Both the position numbers and the translations under genes were made by a program. Positions 13,061-25,890 of a DNA stretch of 64,000 nucleotides are shown in pieces. Origin of the DNA: Octopus bimaculoides (taxonomy: Eukaryota); NCBI RefSeq assembly GCF_001194135.2, contig NC_068983.1, positions 89,676,386 to 89,740,385 of the forward strand. Direction: 5' to 3'. Below the pieces are notes generated by a model, which worked only from the letters and a program-made list of their open reading frames with translations, did no database searches and was not told the origin of the DNA. Numbering within the stretch: the stretch's first letter is position 1; every line of letters starts with the position of its first letter.

Positions 13061-13195
13061 TATTGAAGCAAAAAGTTAAATTCTGATCATAGAGTGACCA
13101 ATGATTTTGTATCCATGAAAGCTACAGGCTGTAGCTTTCATGGATGTGAAACTATTGGTCACTCTATAACGAGAATTCAACTTTTTGTTTTAATA
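13061..13195. repeat. 135-bp palindrome (probable palindromic MITE)
   Basis: 67-bp arms, 56/67 matches, innermost 17 bp perfect, 1-nt centre at 13128. Confidence 0.9.
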
Positions 13196-13204
13196 CCTAC
13201 TATT

Positions 13205-13860
13205 GAGCATACATGACAGAGTGTAAGCACCCTGAGAGAAAAGTTGGACATAAGAAGCATCAGATGTGGTGTGCAAGAGAGAAGATTACGCTCGTATGGT
13301 CATGTGCTGTGTATGGATGAGGACAGTTGTGTGAAGAAGTGTCACACCCTAACAGAGTAAGGAACCTGTGGAAGAGGTAGACCCAGGAAGACATGGGATG
13401 AGGTGGTAAAGCACGACCTTCAAATGTTGGGCCTCACAGAGGCAATGACAAAGACAGAGACCTTTGGAGATATGCTGTGACTGAGGACCCAACAAGTAAA
13501 GTGAGATCGCAGCTGTGGCTGATACCAGTGTCGCATAACCAGCCCATTTAAAAGTACCCTTGAATCGCTGGGCAACACACTGTACTTGAGAAGACCTGTT
13601 GAGTCAAGTGAAATCATATTTGTGGCTAATGCCAGTGCTGCCTGACTGGCACCCATGCCTCCTGACGGGCTCCTGTGCTGGTGGCACATAAAAAGCACCC
13701 ACTACACTCTCAGAGTGTTTGGTGTTAGGAAGGGGCATCCAGCTGTAGAAACCTTACCAGATCAGATTGGAGCGTGATACAGTCTACTGGCTTGTCAGTC
13801 CTTGGTCAAACTGTGCAACCCATGCTAGCATGCAAAACAGTTGTTAAACGATGATGATGA
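13205..13860 (+). mobile_element. RTE LINE 3' fragment
   Basis: C-terminal GRGRPRKTWDEVV motif, shared 3' UTR and (GAT)n tail; homologous to 16420-17346. Confidence 0.88.
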
Positions 13861-13875
13861 TATATTTATATATGT

Positions 13876-14196
13876 GAAGGTGTGTAGCTTAGTGGTTAGG
13901 GCATTTGGCTCATGATTGTAAGATCATGAGTTCAATTCCTGGCAACATGTTGTGTCCTTGAGAAAGACACTTTATTTCACATTGCTCCAATCCATTCAGC
14001 TGGGAAAATGAGTTGTACCTGTATTTCAAAGGGCCAGCCTTGTCACATTCTGTGTCTTGCTGAATCTCCTTGAGAACTACGTTAAGGGCACATGTGTCTG
14101 TGGAGTGCTCAGCCACTTGCACATCAATTTCATGAGCAAGCTGTTCTATTGATCATATCAGCTGGGACACTCGTCACCGTAACTGATGGGGTGCTC
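13876..14196 (+). mobile_element. tRNA-derived SINE
   Basis: A-box tagcttagtgg, B-box gagttcaattcc, CORE-like tgtgtccttgagaaagacact. Confidence 0.75.
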
Positions 14197-14200
14197 CTTC

Positions 14201-14248
<48 letters not shown>

Positions 14249-15092
14249 GTTATGTATATGTTTTTAACCCAGAAAACCTCTGAAACGGTGCATCCTTGAG
14301 AAAAAAGAATTTGACTTTTGAAATTTGTGTCCCAAAGAAAAGGTCATTCATAAATAATAATAGAAAATTAACTTTTAAATTGAAAACTCTCCCACTCCCT
14401 ATCTTTCACCACCAATGTATCTCTCTTCATATATTTACCGTACACTTTGACACTCACTCTTTGTATATTTATTGACACTCATGTATCACTTACATTTTGT
14501 TCTAAACCTTATCTAATGTTTACTTTCATTTTTTGACAACTATTATGCACAAATCCTGTTTTCAGATTGGATAAAAGTGATCAAACTTTAAACTTCTGTA
14601 AAATTTTTCTGGAATAAATGAATCGCAAACTCAGATTCAGTGTGAAAAAGTTAATTAATATACCAAATTTGAAAATTTTCACTTAATTTTAAAATTTCAA
14701 AATCCATGACAGCAACAGAGAAGATCTTTTCTCAAGGTAAACTTTCCCTCTCTCTCTATACATTTCTTACCACATTTTCTCTCACTCTCTATAAAAGCAT
14801 ATCACTCACACTAAGTGTGTGTGCATTTGTCAGTGTGTGTGTGTATGCATGTGTGTAAGAAATTTCATTAGAAGCAACAGGGTGATTTTTAAAAAAGTAT
14901 ATAAAAGATAATTTATTTTTCTAGCATACTTTTCTGTTAGTAAATATGTTTTCTGACACACATACACACACACATACATGAACTCATTCTATGCAGGGTG
15001 GAGGATTAAAAATTTAAATTACAATTTTTTTTTTTTTTTTGTTACTTACATCATTCCAGAGAATGTGGTTATGGGGAGAAAAATATTGAGTA

Positions 15093-17346
15093 AAAAATTT
15101 GCCAATGTTCTGCACCGTGAGGACCAAACACTTGAGGTATTTCGTGTTGCAAGACAGTGTGTGAGAGAGAATCATGATGTCGTAGGTGAGAAATGTGTCC
15201 GCATGGATGATGGTTCACTTACAGTAAATGGGGCTGCAAAGAGAGAGGTTTGGAGACGTCACTATGAAAGGTTGCTTAATAAAGAGAATGAATAGGAGAA
15301 AGAGAGTCTGCTGAATGTCAACCCAACAGAAGGACCAGCTATCCGAATTGATAGTACCTTGGTAGATAAAGCAATTAAGAGTATGAAGACAGGGAAAGCC
15401 CCCGACCCATCAGGAATCACTGCAGAGATGCTCAAAATATCTGGTAGTGTCAGCTATATCCTAGTCACCCGTATTGTTAACCAGGTGATACATGAAGGAG
15501 TCATACCCAATGACTGGTGTAGCAGCACCATAGTCAACTGCTACAAAGGTAAAGGTGACGCTTTAGATACAAATAATTACAGAGGTATCAAGTTATTGGA
15601 TCAGGTAATGAAAGTCAATGGAGAGGGTCATAGCCCAACTAATTAGGGAGCGAGTCAGTTTAGATGAGATGCAGTTTGGGTTCGTGCCAGGGAAAAGCAC
15701 CACTGATGCTATATTTCTGGTAAGACAGCTGCAGGAGGAATACCTCGCCAAGGATAAACCTCTGTACCTTGCTTTCGTTGACAAGGAGAAAGCCTTTCAC
15801 AGGGTCCCCCGATCCCTTATCTGGTGATCAATGAGGAAACTAGGGATAGATGAATGGTTAGTGAGAGCTGTGCAAGCCACGTACAGGGACGCTGTCAGTA
15901 AGGTGAGGGTTGGCAACGAGTACAGTGAAAAATTCCAGGTAGAGGTTGGGGTCCACCAAGGTTCTGTCCTCAGCCCCCTCCTATTTATCATAATCCTCCA
16001 GGCAATAACACAGAAATTCAAACAGGATGCCCTGCAGCAATATCAAAGGCTAACTAGGAAGATGGTCAGGAGCAATAAACACTGAAAATGTGCAGAGAAC
16101 AACTTCTGCCACATTCCAGGGAGAAAAACTAGAAGTAGTTGATAGCTTCCGTTACCTAGGTGACCAAGTCAGTAGCGGGGGAGGGTGTGCTGAAAGTGTA
16201 GCTGCTAGAATAAGAATAGCCTGGGCAAAGTACAGAGAGCTCTTACCTCTGCTGGTGACAAAGGGCCTCTTGCTCAGAGTAAAAGGCAGACTGTATGACG
16301 CATGTGTACGAACAGCCATGCTACATGACAGTGAAACATGGGCCGTGACTGCTGAGGACATGTGTAAGCTCGCAAGAAATGAAGCCAGTATGCTCCGATG
16401 GATGTGTAATGTCAGTGTGCATACTCGACAGTGTAAGTACCTTGAGAGAAAAGTTGGACCTAAGAAGCATCAGTTGTGGTGTGCAAGAGAGACGACTGCA
16501 CTGGTATGGTCATGTAACGAGAATGGATGAGGATGTTGTGTGAAAAAGTGCCACGCCCTAGCGGGTGAGGGAACCTGTGGAAGAGGTAGACCCATGAAGA
16601 CCTGGGATGAGGTGGTGAAGCACAACTTTCGAACATTAGGCCTCACTGAGGCAATGACTAGTGACCGAGACCTTTGGAAATATGCTTGCGTGAGAACACC
16701 CGGCAAGCCAAGTGAGACCATAACCCGTGGCCTTTGCCAGAGGTGTAGCCAGCCCACTTATGCGTACCTTTTCTCCATTGGACACTAAACTCTGCTTGTG
16801 AAGACCTGCTGAGGCAAGTGAAATCGAAATCGAACCAAATTCAACAACTGGCTCCCATGCCAGCCTTTCCCTCATTGGACACTAAACTCTGCTTGCGAAA
16901 ACCTGTTGGGGCAAGTGAAATCAAAATCGTAATTGAACCAAATTCGATGACTGGTACCCATGCCAGTGGAGCGCTAACAGCACTATCTGAGCATGATCAT
17001 TGCCAGAGCAGCTGTCTGGCTTTCGTGCCAGTGGCACGTAAACAAACATTCGAGCGAGGTTGTTGCCAGTGACTCTGGACTGGCTCTTGTACAGGTGGAA
17101 AAGTAAAAAAACACCATTTGAACGTAGCCGTTGCCAGTACCGTCTGACTGGCCCTCATGCCGGTGGTACATAAAAGTACCCACTATGCTCTCAGAGTGGT
17201 TGGTGTTAGGAAGGGCATCCAGCTGTAGAAACTGCCAGATCAGAGTGGAGCCTGGTGCAGCCATCTGGTTCGCCAGTCCTCAGTCAAATCATCCAACCCA
17301 TGCTAGCATGGAAAGCGGACGTCAAACGATGATGATGATGATGATG
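15093..17346 (+). mobile_element. RTE LINE, 5'-truncated, internal deletion near 16033
   Basis: RT motifs (KAPDPSGI, NYRGIKLL, QFGFVPGKSTTDAI, GVHQGSVLSPLLF); YADD segment absent; FRYLGD; (GAT)n tail. Confidence 0.93.
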
Positions 17347-17594
17347 AACATCAATACAACAGGATGACAAAGAAATAAATAGCAGGTGGTCGTGGGATGT
17401 GCTAGAAATAACAGCTAAATCTCCCTTAAATCACATGCCTTTTCATCTGAAAATTATTTTAAAGTTATAAACAGAAACAAATTGCAGATTCTGACTGTCT
17501 ATATTTTAAAACTATAGTAGAAGACTTTTGTCCAAAGTGCCATGCAGTTGGACTGAACCTGAAACCACACAGTTGGGAAACAGACATACTACCA

Positions 17595-18360
17595 CCCAGC
17601 TATTATTTTCGGAAAGACATTTTTGTCCCTCTCCCCCTCCAATTTCTTCATTTTTCACATTTTTCCGTAACTCTAACCCTAAAGTCCCAACCCTAATCCT
17701 AACCCTGAAACCCTAACTCTAAAACCCTAACCCTAACCTAACCCTAAAACCCTAACCCTAACCCTGACCCTAAAACCCTAACCCTAACTCTAACTCTAAA
17801 ACCCAAGCCCTAACCCTAAAACCCTGAAGCTAAAACCAGTACAAACGCACAAATGATGTCATAAATAACAGTGACAAACAAAATATATACCACCGATAGT
17901 TGTTGTTGACAAACAACGGCAGTAATTTTATTCAAGGGAAAAGATCCTAAAATAGGCAATTTCAAAAACGCTAAAACAAAGCAAAACTACTTTCACAAAC
18001 AAAATAAACTGAAAAATTTTTTTAAATAACTAATAACTGAATTGATTAAACTATACACATGTATCTCAAATGTAAATATATCAGAAATAACAGTGACAAA
18101 CTAAATATACACCGCCAGAACATCTTGTTGACAAACCACAGCAGTAATTGTTTTCACCTCAATAGACGTCATTGATTGGTTGAAATTTCCGAAATACGAC
18201 AACTTTAACACGAAATAACTTCAAAAATAAAGAATTTTCTTAAAGACGCCAAGAGTAAATGATGTTTTAAATGACACATTCTACTAGTATACGAAATTTG
18301 AAAGTGTTTAGTTACAAAAAATTATTTTTTCTATGTGCCGGCCAAAAGGAAAAGATCCCT
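17595..18360. mobile_element. unclassified non-autonomous element with telomere-like (CCCTAA)n tract and internal direct repeats
   Basis: CCCTAA/CCCTAAAA tract at 17668-17837; ~65-bp direct repeats at 17863-17927 and 18085-18149; ggaaaagatcc at 17937 and 18348. Confidence 0.5.
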
Positions 18361-18368
18361 AACTAGTT

Positions 18369-19429
18369 ATGGGACACTCCACCCAAAAAGTGACACAGAC
18401 AGACTGTATGTACCAAGAAAAAGAAGAGAAAGAGGACTTATTGGATGCAAACACAGCATTAGAGCAGAAGAAAACAACATAGCATAGTATGTAAAAAATG
18501 CCACAGAACTGCTATTCTTAGAAGCAAGAAGATCAGGCCAGTGTAGTATGAAAGATTGCAAAGATAAAGCACTGTACAAGCAATTGAAAATGAATGAAAC
18601 TGAAAATAGGTGGGTAAAGAAAAGAATGCACAGACAATTTCATAGAGATGTTGAAGATAAGACAGACAGAGAAAAAAGATGGCTGTGGATGACTAACCTG
18701 TGGCTCTAATCTGTGCTGCCCAAGAGCAAGCACTTAGAACAAACTACATAAAATACAGAATAGACAACACATCAGAAAGTGATAAATGCAGAATTTGTGG
18801 ACAAAATGTGAAACCGTATGGCATATTACCAGCCAATGTACGCTACTAGCCCAGAAGGAATATAAGAGATGCCACGACAATATAGCAAGACTTGTCCATT
18901 AGACACTTTGCAACTAGTATGGACTTGACAGAGTAAAAAATTAGTACGACCACAAACCCGAAGGCATCATCAAATATGATAATGCAAAGATCCTCTGGGA
19001 TTTTATGATTCAGTGTGACCATGAGATAGAGAATAGGAAGCCAGACATAGTCTTAATTGAGAAAGAAACCAAACTATGCTGGATCATAGATATGGCATGC
19101 CCAGCTGACAACAAGGTATGTGATAAGAAAGAAAGAAAGAAAAGTCAATAGATATGACAGGTTAGCTTGGGAGGTAAAGCAGTTGTGGTCAATAAAAAGG
19201 TGGTAGTAGTACCAATAATTGTCAGAGCCCTGTGAGTAAAAATCTCAAGAAGTACATGGAACAAATAGGGGCTGCAATAAGGGTGGAGCACTTGCAGAAA
19301 ACAGCACTGCTTGGAACTGCTCGAATACTCTGGAAGGTGGTCGAAAAATAAGAGGTGTTACCTTAGTTCCCTGGTAGTGAACAGCTGACATCGTAGTACA
19401 TCTCCAGCGTTAGAAGCTGTGCAAAGGCA
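18369..19429 (+). mobile_element. Dong/R4-like RLE non-LTR retrotransposon, 3' fragment (family A)
   Basis: LHPKSDTDRLYVPR; CCHC finger C(R)ICGQNVETVWHITSQC; RKPDIV...IIDMACP endonuclease motif; ends in (AAT)n. Confidence 0.88.
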
Positions 19430-20185
19430 ATGATGATAATAATAATAATAATAATGGTTTCAAATTATTTGAGAATGATCCCTGACTCACCATCCATGCA
19501 AAAAGTGCAAAAGATTGTTTTAACTAGTATGTCACTTGATTTAAAAGAGCATTGTTGCTGTGAGAGTGATTACAGCCCATGTAAATGTTTTTTCTTTCAT
19601 ATTACTTGCCTTTGTAAATGAACAACCGGGTGTGCTTATTTTAATGGCCTATCAATGTATACAGTGAATTTCTTTGCCCTGGGTGTTGGGAAGACACTTG
19701 ACAAGAAATGAAAACAAAATTGAAAGAAGGAAAAATTCGTAATGATGATGATGATAACAATGACAACAACACCAGCAGTGGTTGTGGCGGCAGCAGTGGT
19801 GGCGGTGGCAGTGGTAGCCATTGATGTCGATTTTGATGTATGAGTGTTTGAAGAAAAGGGTTTCAAAAAAAAGGATTAAAAGTAAATGGTGATGACGATG
19901 ATGATGATGATGGCAGCAGCAGTGGTGATGGTGGCAGAGGTTCAGGATGGTGGTGGTCATTCCTGTTGATTTTAGCATATGAGTGTTTGAAGGAAAGAAT
20001 TTATTAAAAGCTGCATCTATATGCAATGGACTCAAAGTCACAATGAGGATAATGATGAATTTGATTGTGCCTGAGATTGGACAAATGAGTCTGTTGATTG
20101 CAGAGAATAATTCTTTTATTGTTCTATTTCTTCAACTCAAATTGCTTTGATGCACCATAACACATGCGTCCTCACAATAATAATA

Positions 20186-20400
20186 ATAATACTTTCTACT
20201 AAAAGCACAAGGACTGAAATTTGAGGGACGGAGACAGCTGATTACATCGACCCCAGTGTTTCACTGGTACTAAATTTATCGACTCCAAAAGGATGCAAGA
20301 CAAAGTCTACCTCAGTGGATTTTGAACTCAGAACATAAAGATGGACAAAATACCACTTAGAATTTCACCTGGTGTGCAAACGGTTCTGCCAGCTTGCTGC
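20186..20400 (-). mobile_element. tRNA-derived SINE (Deu/Nin-domain-like)
   Basis: Same head, gttcaa B-box and catcctttt...gataaa body as the copy at 23858; AAT flanks. Confidence 0.8.
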
Positions 20401-20404
20401 CTTA

Positions 20405-20635
20405 ATAATAATGATAATCCTTTCGACTGTAGGCACAAAGCCTGGAATTTGTGGGGAGGAGTATAGTCGATCACATCTACACCAGTGTTTCACTGGTACT
20501 TAATTTATTGACCCTGAAAGGAGGAAAGGCAAAGTTGATCCTGGTGGAATTTGAACTCAGAGTCTAAAGACAGACAAAATACTGCTTGGCATTTTGCCCA
20601 GCAAGCTAACAATTCTGCCAGCTCATTTCCTTAAT
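20405..20635 (-). mobile_element. tRNA-derived SINE (same family), tandem to the previous copy
   Basis: Homologous to 20186-20400. Confidence 0.8.
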
Positions 20636-20675
20636 AATAATAATTATAATAATAATAATAATAATAATAATTTAA

Positions 20676-21040
20676 TGTCTGTCTTTCTATGAATGCATAG
20701 GTTGGACAGCTTGACAGAAGTAGGTAAGCCAGAAGATGGATCCAAGCTCCACTGTCTCATTTGGCATAGATTTTACAGCTGGATGCTCTTCCTAACCCTA
20801 ACCACTTTACAAAGTGGACTGGGTGCTTTTCAGGTAGCACCAGCACCAACAAGGTCTGTTTTGGCATGGTTTTTACGATTGGATGCCTTTCTAATGCAAA
20901 CCATTTTACAGAATGGACTGGATACTTTTTATGTGACACCAGCACCAGCAAAGTAACTTGCAAGACAAAGATCCTTTGAGAGGTGGGTGGTACTGAAGGA
21001 GGTGGCTTTGTGCCAAGTAATGAGAGGTTAGAGTATGACA
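20676..21040 (-). mobile_element. RTE-type 3' tail fragment, decayed
   Basis: Matches the RTE 3' UTR (ggttaggaagagcatccagctgtaaaatc) on the - strand. Confidence 0.65.
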
Positions 21041-21469
21041 GAGGGACAGAAACAGTGGTTTTGCAGTAGAGGAGACACATGGTTATCCTAGTCAGATGAA
21101 GAGAGAATGAGTGGGGGAGAGAGAGCAAGAGTAAGGAAGAGTGAGAGAGATGAGACAGTGGTTGTGTGCCAGGGCATACTCTCAAGGTAACAGCGTGTGA
21201 ATATAAATGGGATGGCAAAGGATTACCTGTGGTGTATGAGTAAGGAGTTCACATAAATGCAAAGCAAAAGGGGGCAGAATGCTAAGATATATAGGGTCAG
21301 ATGATAGGATAGCAGCAATACAGTTGACTGGGTAGGAAAGACAGGACTGAGATGCAGGAGTGGGGAAGGAGAGGTAAGCATAATGCATAAAGAAGTAAAG
21401 ATATAGTTTGGTTCATCGGGGTAGGATGTATGAAAAATACATGTGGAATATACAGCACTTCCAGAACTC

Positions 21470-21990
21470 AGTTGCACTGTGTTGGGCAGGTGTTCTCAAA
21501 AACCTCATATCATCAAGCATCTCAGTCCGTTGTCATATTCTTCATGAGGCCCAACATTCTGAGATCAGCCTTCACTACTTCACTCCATGTCTTCCTTCTT
21601 CTTCTTCCTTCTTCTACAAGAGTCTTCCACTTTAAGTAATCAGTACTTCATAATACAGTTGTCTTCATTCATGCACATCACATGTGCAAATCTGATTCCT
21701 CTTATGCCCAACTTTTCTATCAGCACATTTGCACATTGTCATACATGCACACTGATGTTGCACACCCTGTGGTACATACTAGCTTCATTCCTCTGTAGTC
21801 TATACATGCCATCTACATTCAGGGCCCACATCTCACTGCCATAGAGTATAGCCATTCGTACACAAGCATGATACAATTTACCTTTCCCTCTGTGGGAATA
21901 GCTCTCTGAACTTCCTCCATCACATTCTTATTCTAGAAACAATACTTTCAGAATATCCTCCGCCACTGCTAATTGGTTACCTAAGCAACA
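21470..21990 (-). mobile_element. old RTE C-terminal fragment
   Basis: RKTWSEVVKADL-like motif on the - strand. Confidence 0.6.
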
Positions 21991-22709
21991 AAAACTACCT
22001 ACAATGATAATAATCCTTTCTACTAAAGGCACAATGCCTGAAATTTGGGGGATGGGGTAAGTCAATTACATCAATCCCAGTACTCAACTGGTACTATCCT
22101 TTTGCAAGCCCCAAGAGTTTGTAGAATTTTACTCCAGTTTCTGTAACTATTAGGTAGATACTAAATCTCAGCCAAGGTGGAATACCAGAGGCTAGTTGAA
22201 CTGAAATATGTCGAATCACTTCAGATCACACTTTGCCATGAAATACACAATGGAAAATGTAGTTCCAAATACACTATATCTGGTTTGAATACTTTTGAAT
22301 ATAAGTTTACTATATCAGAACTATTGATAATTACTATAGTGCCAATATATACAGACACACATCTCTATGTATTTAATTTCATAGTTACATTAGGCCCCAT
22401 AAGGGCCTTTTTTGACATCTTAGAATGAGGTTTGAACCAACATGTCAAAAAAGTCTTTACCACTCATCTTGCTCACTTACTTCTGAGTTGTATTGACAAC
22501 AAAACAAATTAGTTCAATTCTTATGAAGTCTGACAAAAATTTCTTGTGATCCTAATGCACTCTGAGATTAAATAAAAATGGATTTGACTGTAAATTTATT
22601 TATTCATAATCTATATTTATGGGTACTACAGTATTTGAAAGGTGTCACCCATGCACCCATATATGAATGATCTGTGCCAGGTATGCTACTGGAAAAGCCC
22701 TCATGCATT

Positions 22710-22775
22710 TTATTTGACATCAAGTTTAAATATATAAGGATATGATTTAGTATATTTATATACATCAGAGCTGGC
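22710..22775 (-). CDS. candidate terminal coding exon (ASSDVYKYTKSYPYIFKLDVK*)
   Basis: Acceptor gtgctcttctccag; stop at 22710-22712; AATAAA near 22595-22604. Confidence 0.25.
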   Translation of the reverse strand, partial: ASSDVYKYTKSYPYIFKLDVK

Positions 22776-23652
22776 CTGGAGAAGAGCACTAACAACAATA
22801 GAATTTCAACATAAAATCACCTACTTTTTTCTATAATTCAAGTGTCAAGTTTTTATATAACCTGTCAAATAATATTTTACACACACATTTCATATCATCA
22901 TTTAATATATAATATCGCATTTGAAAGAATTAGTTCCCTTCATTTAGTGACTCATCTTTGAAATATTTAACTAAACATTTGTAACAGAAAAATATTATAC
23001 CACACCCTGAAGAAAGCTTATAATATTTCACATGTTTAAAATCTCTTCTGTTCATAAATTGCTGGCTCATTTTCTTTTCTTTTACATTTAATTTTAAATA
23101 TCTTTTTTTTCCTGACAAATATTTTACTCAACAAATATTTTACTCAACACTATATGTTGGATTGTAAATGTAACTTCTAAAGAGCAGCTTTTGGTGAGAA
23201 ATAGGTATAATAATAATTATATAGACTGTATGTTACAAGAATGGGAAGATGAGATCATCATACCTTACTTTCAGTGCTATTATTGTATGGTGTTTTTATT
23301 TAATTGCTATTGTTGTTTTTGATTTTACCAAATCAGTTTTGCTGAAGAGGACACGATGGTGGGCTATCTGATTGAAGAAAGGCCTGTTCAACATTTCAGC
23401 TGAGGATACGGTTTTTTTAACGTGTGGTATATTTTCCTAAGATCTGCAATTAAGACATTGGGGAGTTTACTTAATACACTACAAAGTTTACATAAAACAC
23501 CACAGAACATATGAATTTATAAATTCTTAATGATAATATAAATTTAGCCTAGCTCTAAAATAATTCTATGTTTATCACACCTTGAGAAGACATTGGGATC
23601 TAATAACCAAAGTATTGTTGTTTCAGCATTGTTGGATTTGATGACACTTTAC

Positions 23653-23724
23653 TTTAGTCCAGTTAAAACCATGCTCTCTCACTCGGTCAAACTGTTTATA
23701 TATCAATAGAGCCCTAGTACTAAA
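23653..23724 (-). CDS. candidate 72-nt exon (FSTRALLIYKQFDRVREHGFNWTK)
   Basis: Acceptor gtatttatacttctag, donor AAA|gtaaag, phase 0-0. Confidence 0.35.
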
Positions 23725-23857
23725 CTAGAAGTATAAATACAGCAATATGTGTATGAAAGAAATTGTCTTTATACAGTATAGAATATAAATTTAGAAATTC
23801 TATATTATAATTTATATGTAGTCTTGTCTCATATATTAATCATTATATCTACATCAC

Positions 23858-24062
23858 CAAGGCGGTGAGCTGGCAGAATCAATAGCACGCCAGGCAAAAT
23901 GCTTAGCGGTATTATGCCTGTCTTTACATTCTGAGTTCAAATTCTGTCGGGGTTGACTTTGCCTTTCATCCTTTTGGAGGTCGATAAAATAAATACCAGA
24001 TGATCAAATCGACTGCCCCCTCCCCCAAATTTCAGGCTTTGTGCCTATAGTAGAAAAGATTA
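23858..24062 (+). mobile_element. tRNA-derived SINE (Deu/Nin-domain-like)
   Basis: ggcggtgagctggcagaatc head, gagttcaaattc B-box, gcctttcatcct..gtcgataaaat core, ends gtagaaaagattat. Confidence 0.85.
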
Positions 24063-25229
24063 TATCTATGTCATCATATGATAAATGTGGGTTACTTATA
24101 GATATACAAATGATCTAAGGAGACCTGCAAAGTCTAGCTTCTACTGAAGCTTATTAAAACTAAGTTGAAATCACAATCTTTTTGTAGTCAGACCCATATG
24201 TTCTCTCAGGGATTTATGTTTCTAAAATTATCTTAGACAGAAAAGGAAATTTTCTGTAACATTGAGCAGGTTTTAATGTCTGCACGGAGGCTACCTCCCT
24301 GGCTCATGCATCAAATCCAAGTATCAGAGAATTTACTTCTATTTTACAATATTTACTACCTGCTAAGTGGATCAATAACAATAATGATTTATTTTCAGCT
24401 TGTCAAATATGAAAAAAGTGAACAAATCAATGAGGAAACCTTTATATGGTTTCTTGGACAGCGAGAAATAGCAGCCAAGGTTTCTTTAAATAGTATGCTA
24501 TCACTTGAAAAATATAGGATTTAATAATGTAGGCCAAGTTAAACAAAGATGGTATGGTCATGATTGGAATGTCATTTATCAAGGCTAATAGGCGAAACAA
24601 AACAAGGAAAGCCCAATGTGAAGTTGTAATACTGATATTTTTCCTAAGGCTTTAAATACACAAGTAAAATTATTTTAATTGGAAGAGAAAAGAATTAATT
24701 CATCAATAACATCTCACCAGTACAGAGGCAACTGGTCGATAACTAACTGGCCAATAGCCTAACAGGCAACAGCAAAATAGACTATAGTTAACTGATTAAT
24801 AGCCAAATGGGAAACAGCAAAACAGATTACGACCAACTGGACAACAGCCAAATGAGTTGATAGCACAAGTAAGTAACAACTAACCTGGCAAATTAACAAC
24901 CAAAGTAATTAGGCTTCTAAGGTTTAGTCAACAAGAGGTACAATTGTGGTTGATTAACTCCAAGTCAGCTCAAATAATAGGTACAAAATTACAAATTGAA
25001 AGAGATTTGTTGATTAAAGTAACCCCAGTACTTGAATTATCTCCTTGACTTTAAAAGATGACAGACAAAATTGACCTCAGCAAGATTTGAACTCAGAGAA
25101 TAAAGATCAAAAATAAATATCATAAAAGTATTTTTACCAATGTTATCATGATTCCGCCAGTTTTCTACCTATAATAATAATAATAGCAGCAATGATGGTG
25201 ATTTCATCTGCATATGCCCACATGGTTCT

Positions 25230-25710
25230 TCCATGTCCTAATTCAGGTGGAATGCCTCTCAACACCTCCAATTTCTCAGTAGTGGCTCTAGAGTGAGTAC
25301 ATGCAGAAGAGATGGACTGAATGCATGATGTTGAATGGTTCCCTTAGGTAACCATTCTCCCAAACTACGGAATAGATGTTGCTGTACATTAAAGCAACCC
25401 AGCCACAAAAAACGGGACTGAAACCAGCTGCTGTGAGAACGCTAAGTATTGGTGGTCAACCCTATTGAAAACTTTAGACTGGTCCAAATTGATAAGAGTC
25501 TCACCCATGCTAGCTTCTTTACCCACTCTGTCTATGATGTATCATATGAAGTGGAGGTTGTCATGGATGGATCTGCTTGGAGTTTCACATATTTACATAT
25601 CACCAATCAATTCCTCAACGACAAGCACCAACCTTTTTGCTAACACCTTGGTCGAAATTCTGAAGTCTGCATTCAGCAGCATTATGGGCCTAAAATTTTC
25701 TGTTTGATCC
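25230..25710 (-). mobile_element. Tx1/L1-like RT fragment
   Basis: LINLDQSKVFNRVDH motif on the - strand; homologous to 44040-44320. Confidence 0.7.
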
Positions 25711-25890
25711 CTTTTGTTTGAGTTCTTTCTTACCAGTGCCACTCCTCCTCGACCCACAGAACTAACCAGCTCCCTAAGGTCCTGGCTAGTTTATCTATGT
25801 AATGATGACAAATGTACAATGTATAACAATGTGTAATAATATAAATAACAACAAACCTATGGGAACAATGTGCAACATGAGTCCATAGAT

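Noticed and set aside
13876-13950. tRNA gene
   Set aside because: A/B boxes only; no cloverleaf, and it continues into a SINE body
17668-17837. True telomere or chromosome-fusion site
   Set aside because: Short, degenerate, single orientation and embedded in a repeat-like element
22407-22453. 12-bp perfect stem with 23-nt loop (miRNA-like?)
   Set aside because: Half of the stem is a homopolymer and it is too short for a pre-miRNA
24399-24492. Plus-strand exon LVKYEKSEQINEETFIWFLGQREIAAK
   Set aside because: Overlaps a minus-strand candidate and has no compatible plus-strand neighbours; cannot be supported
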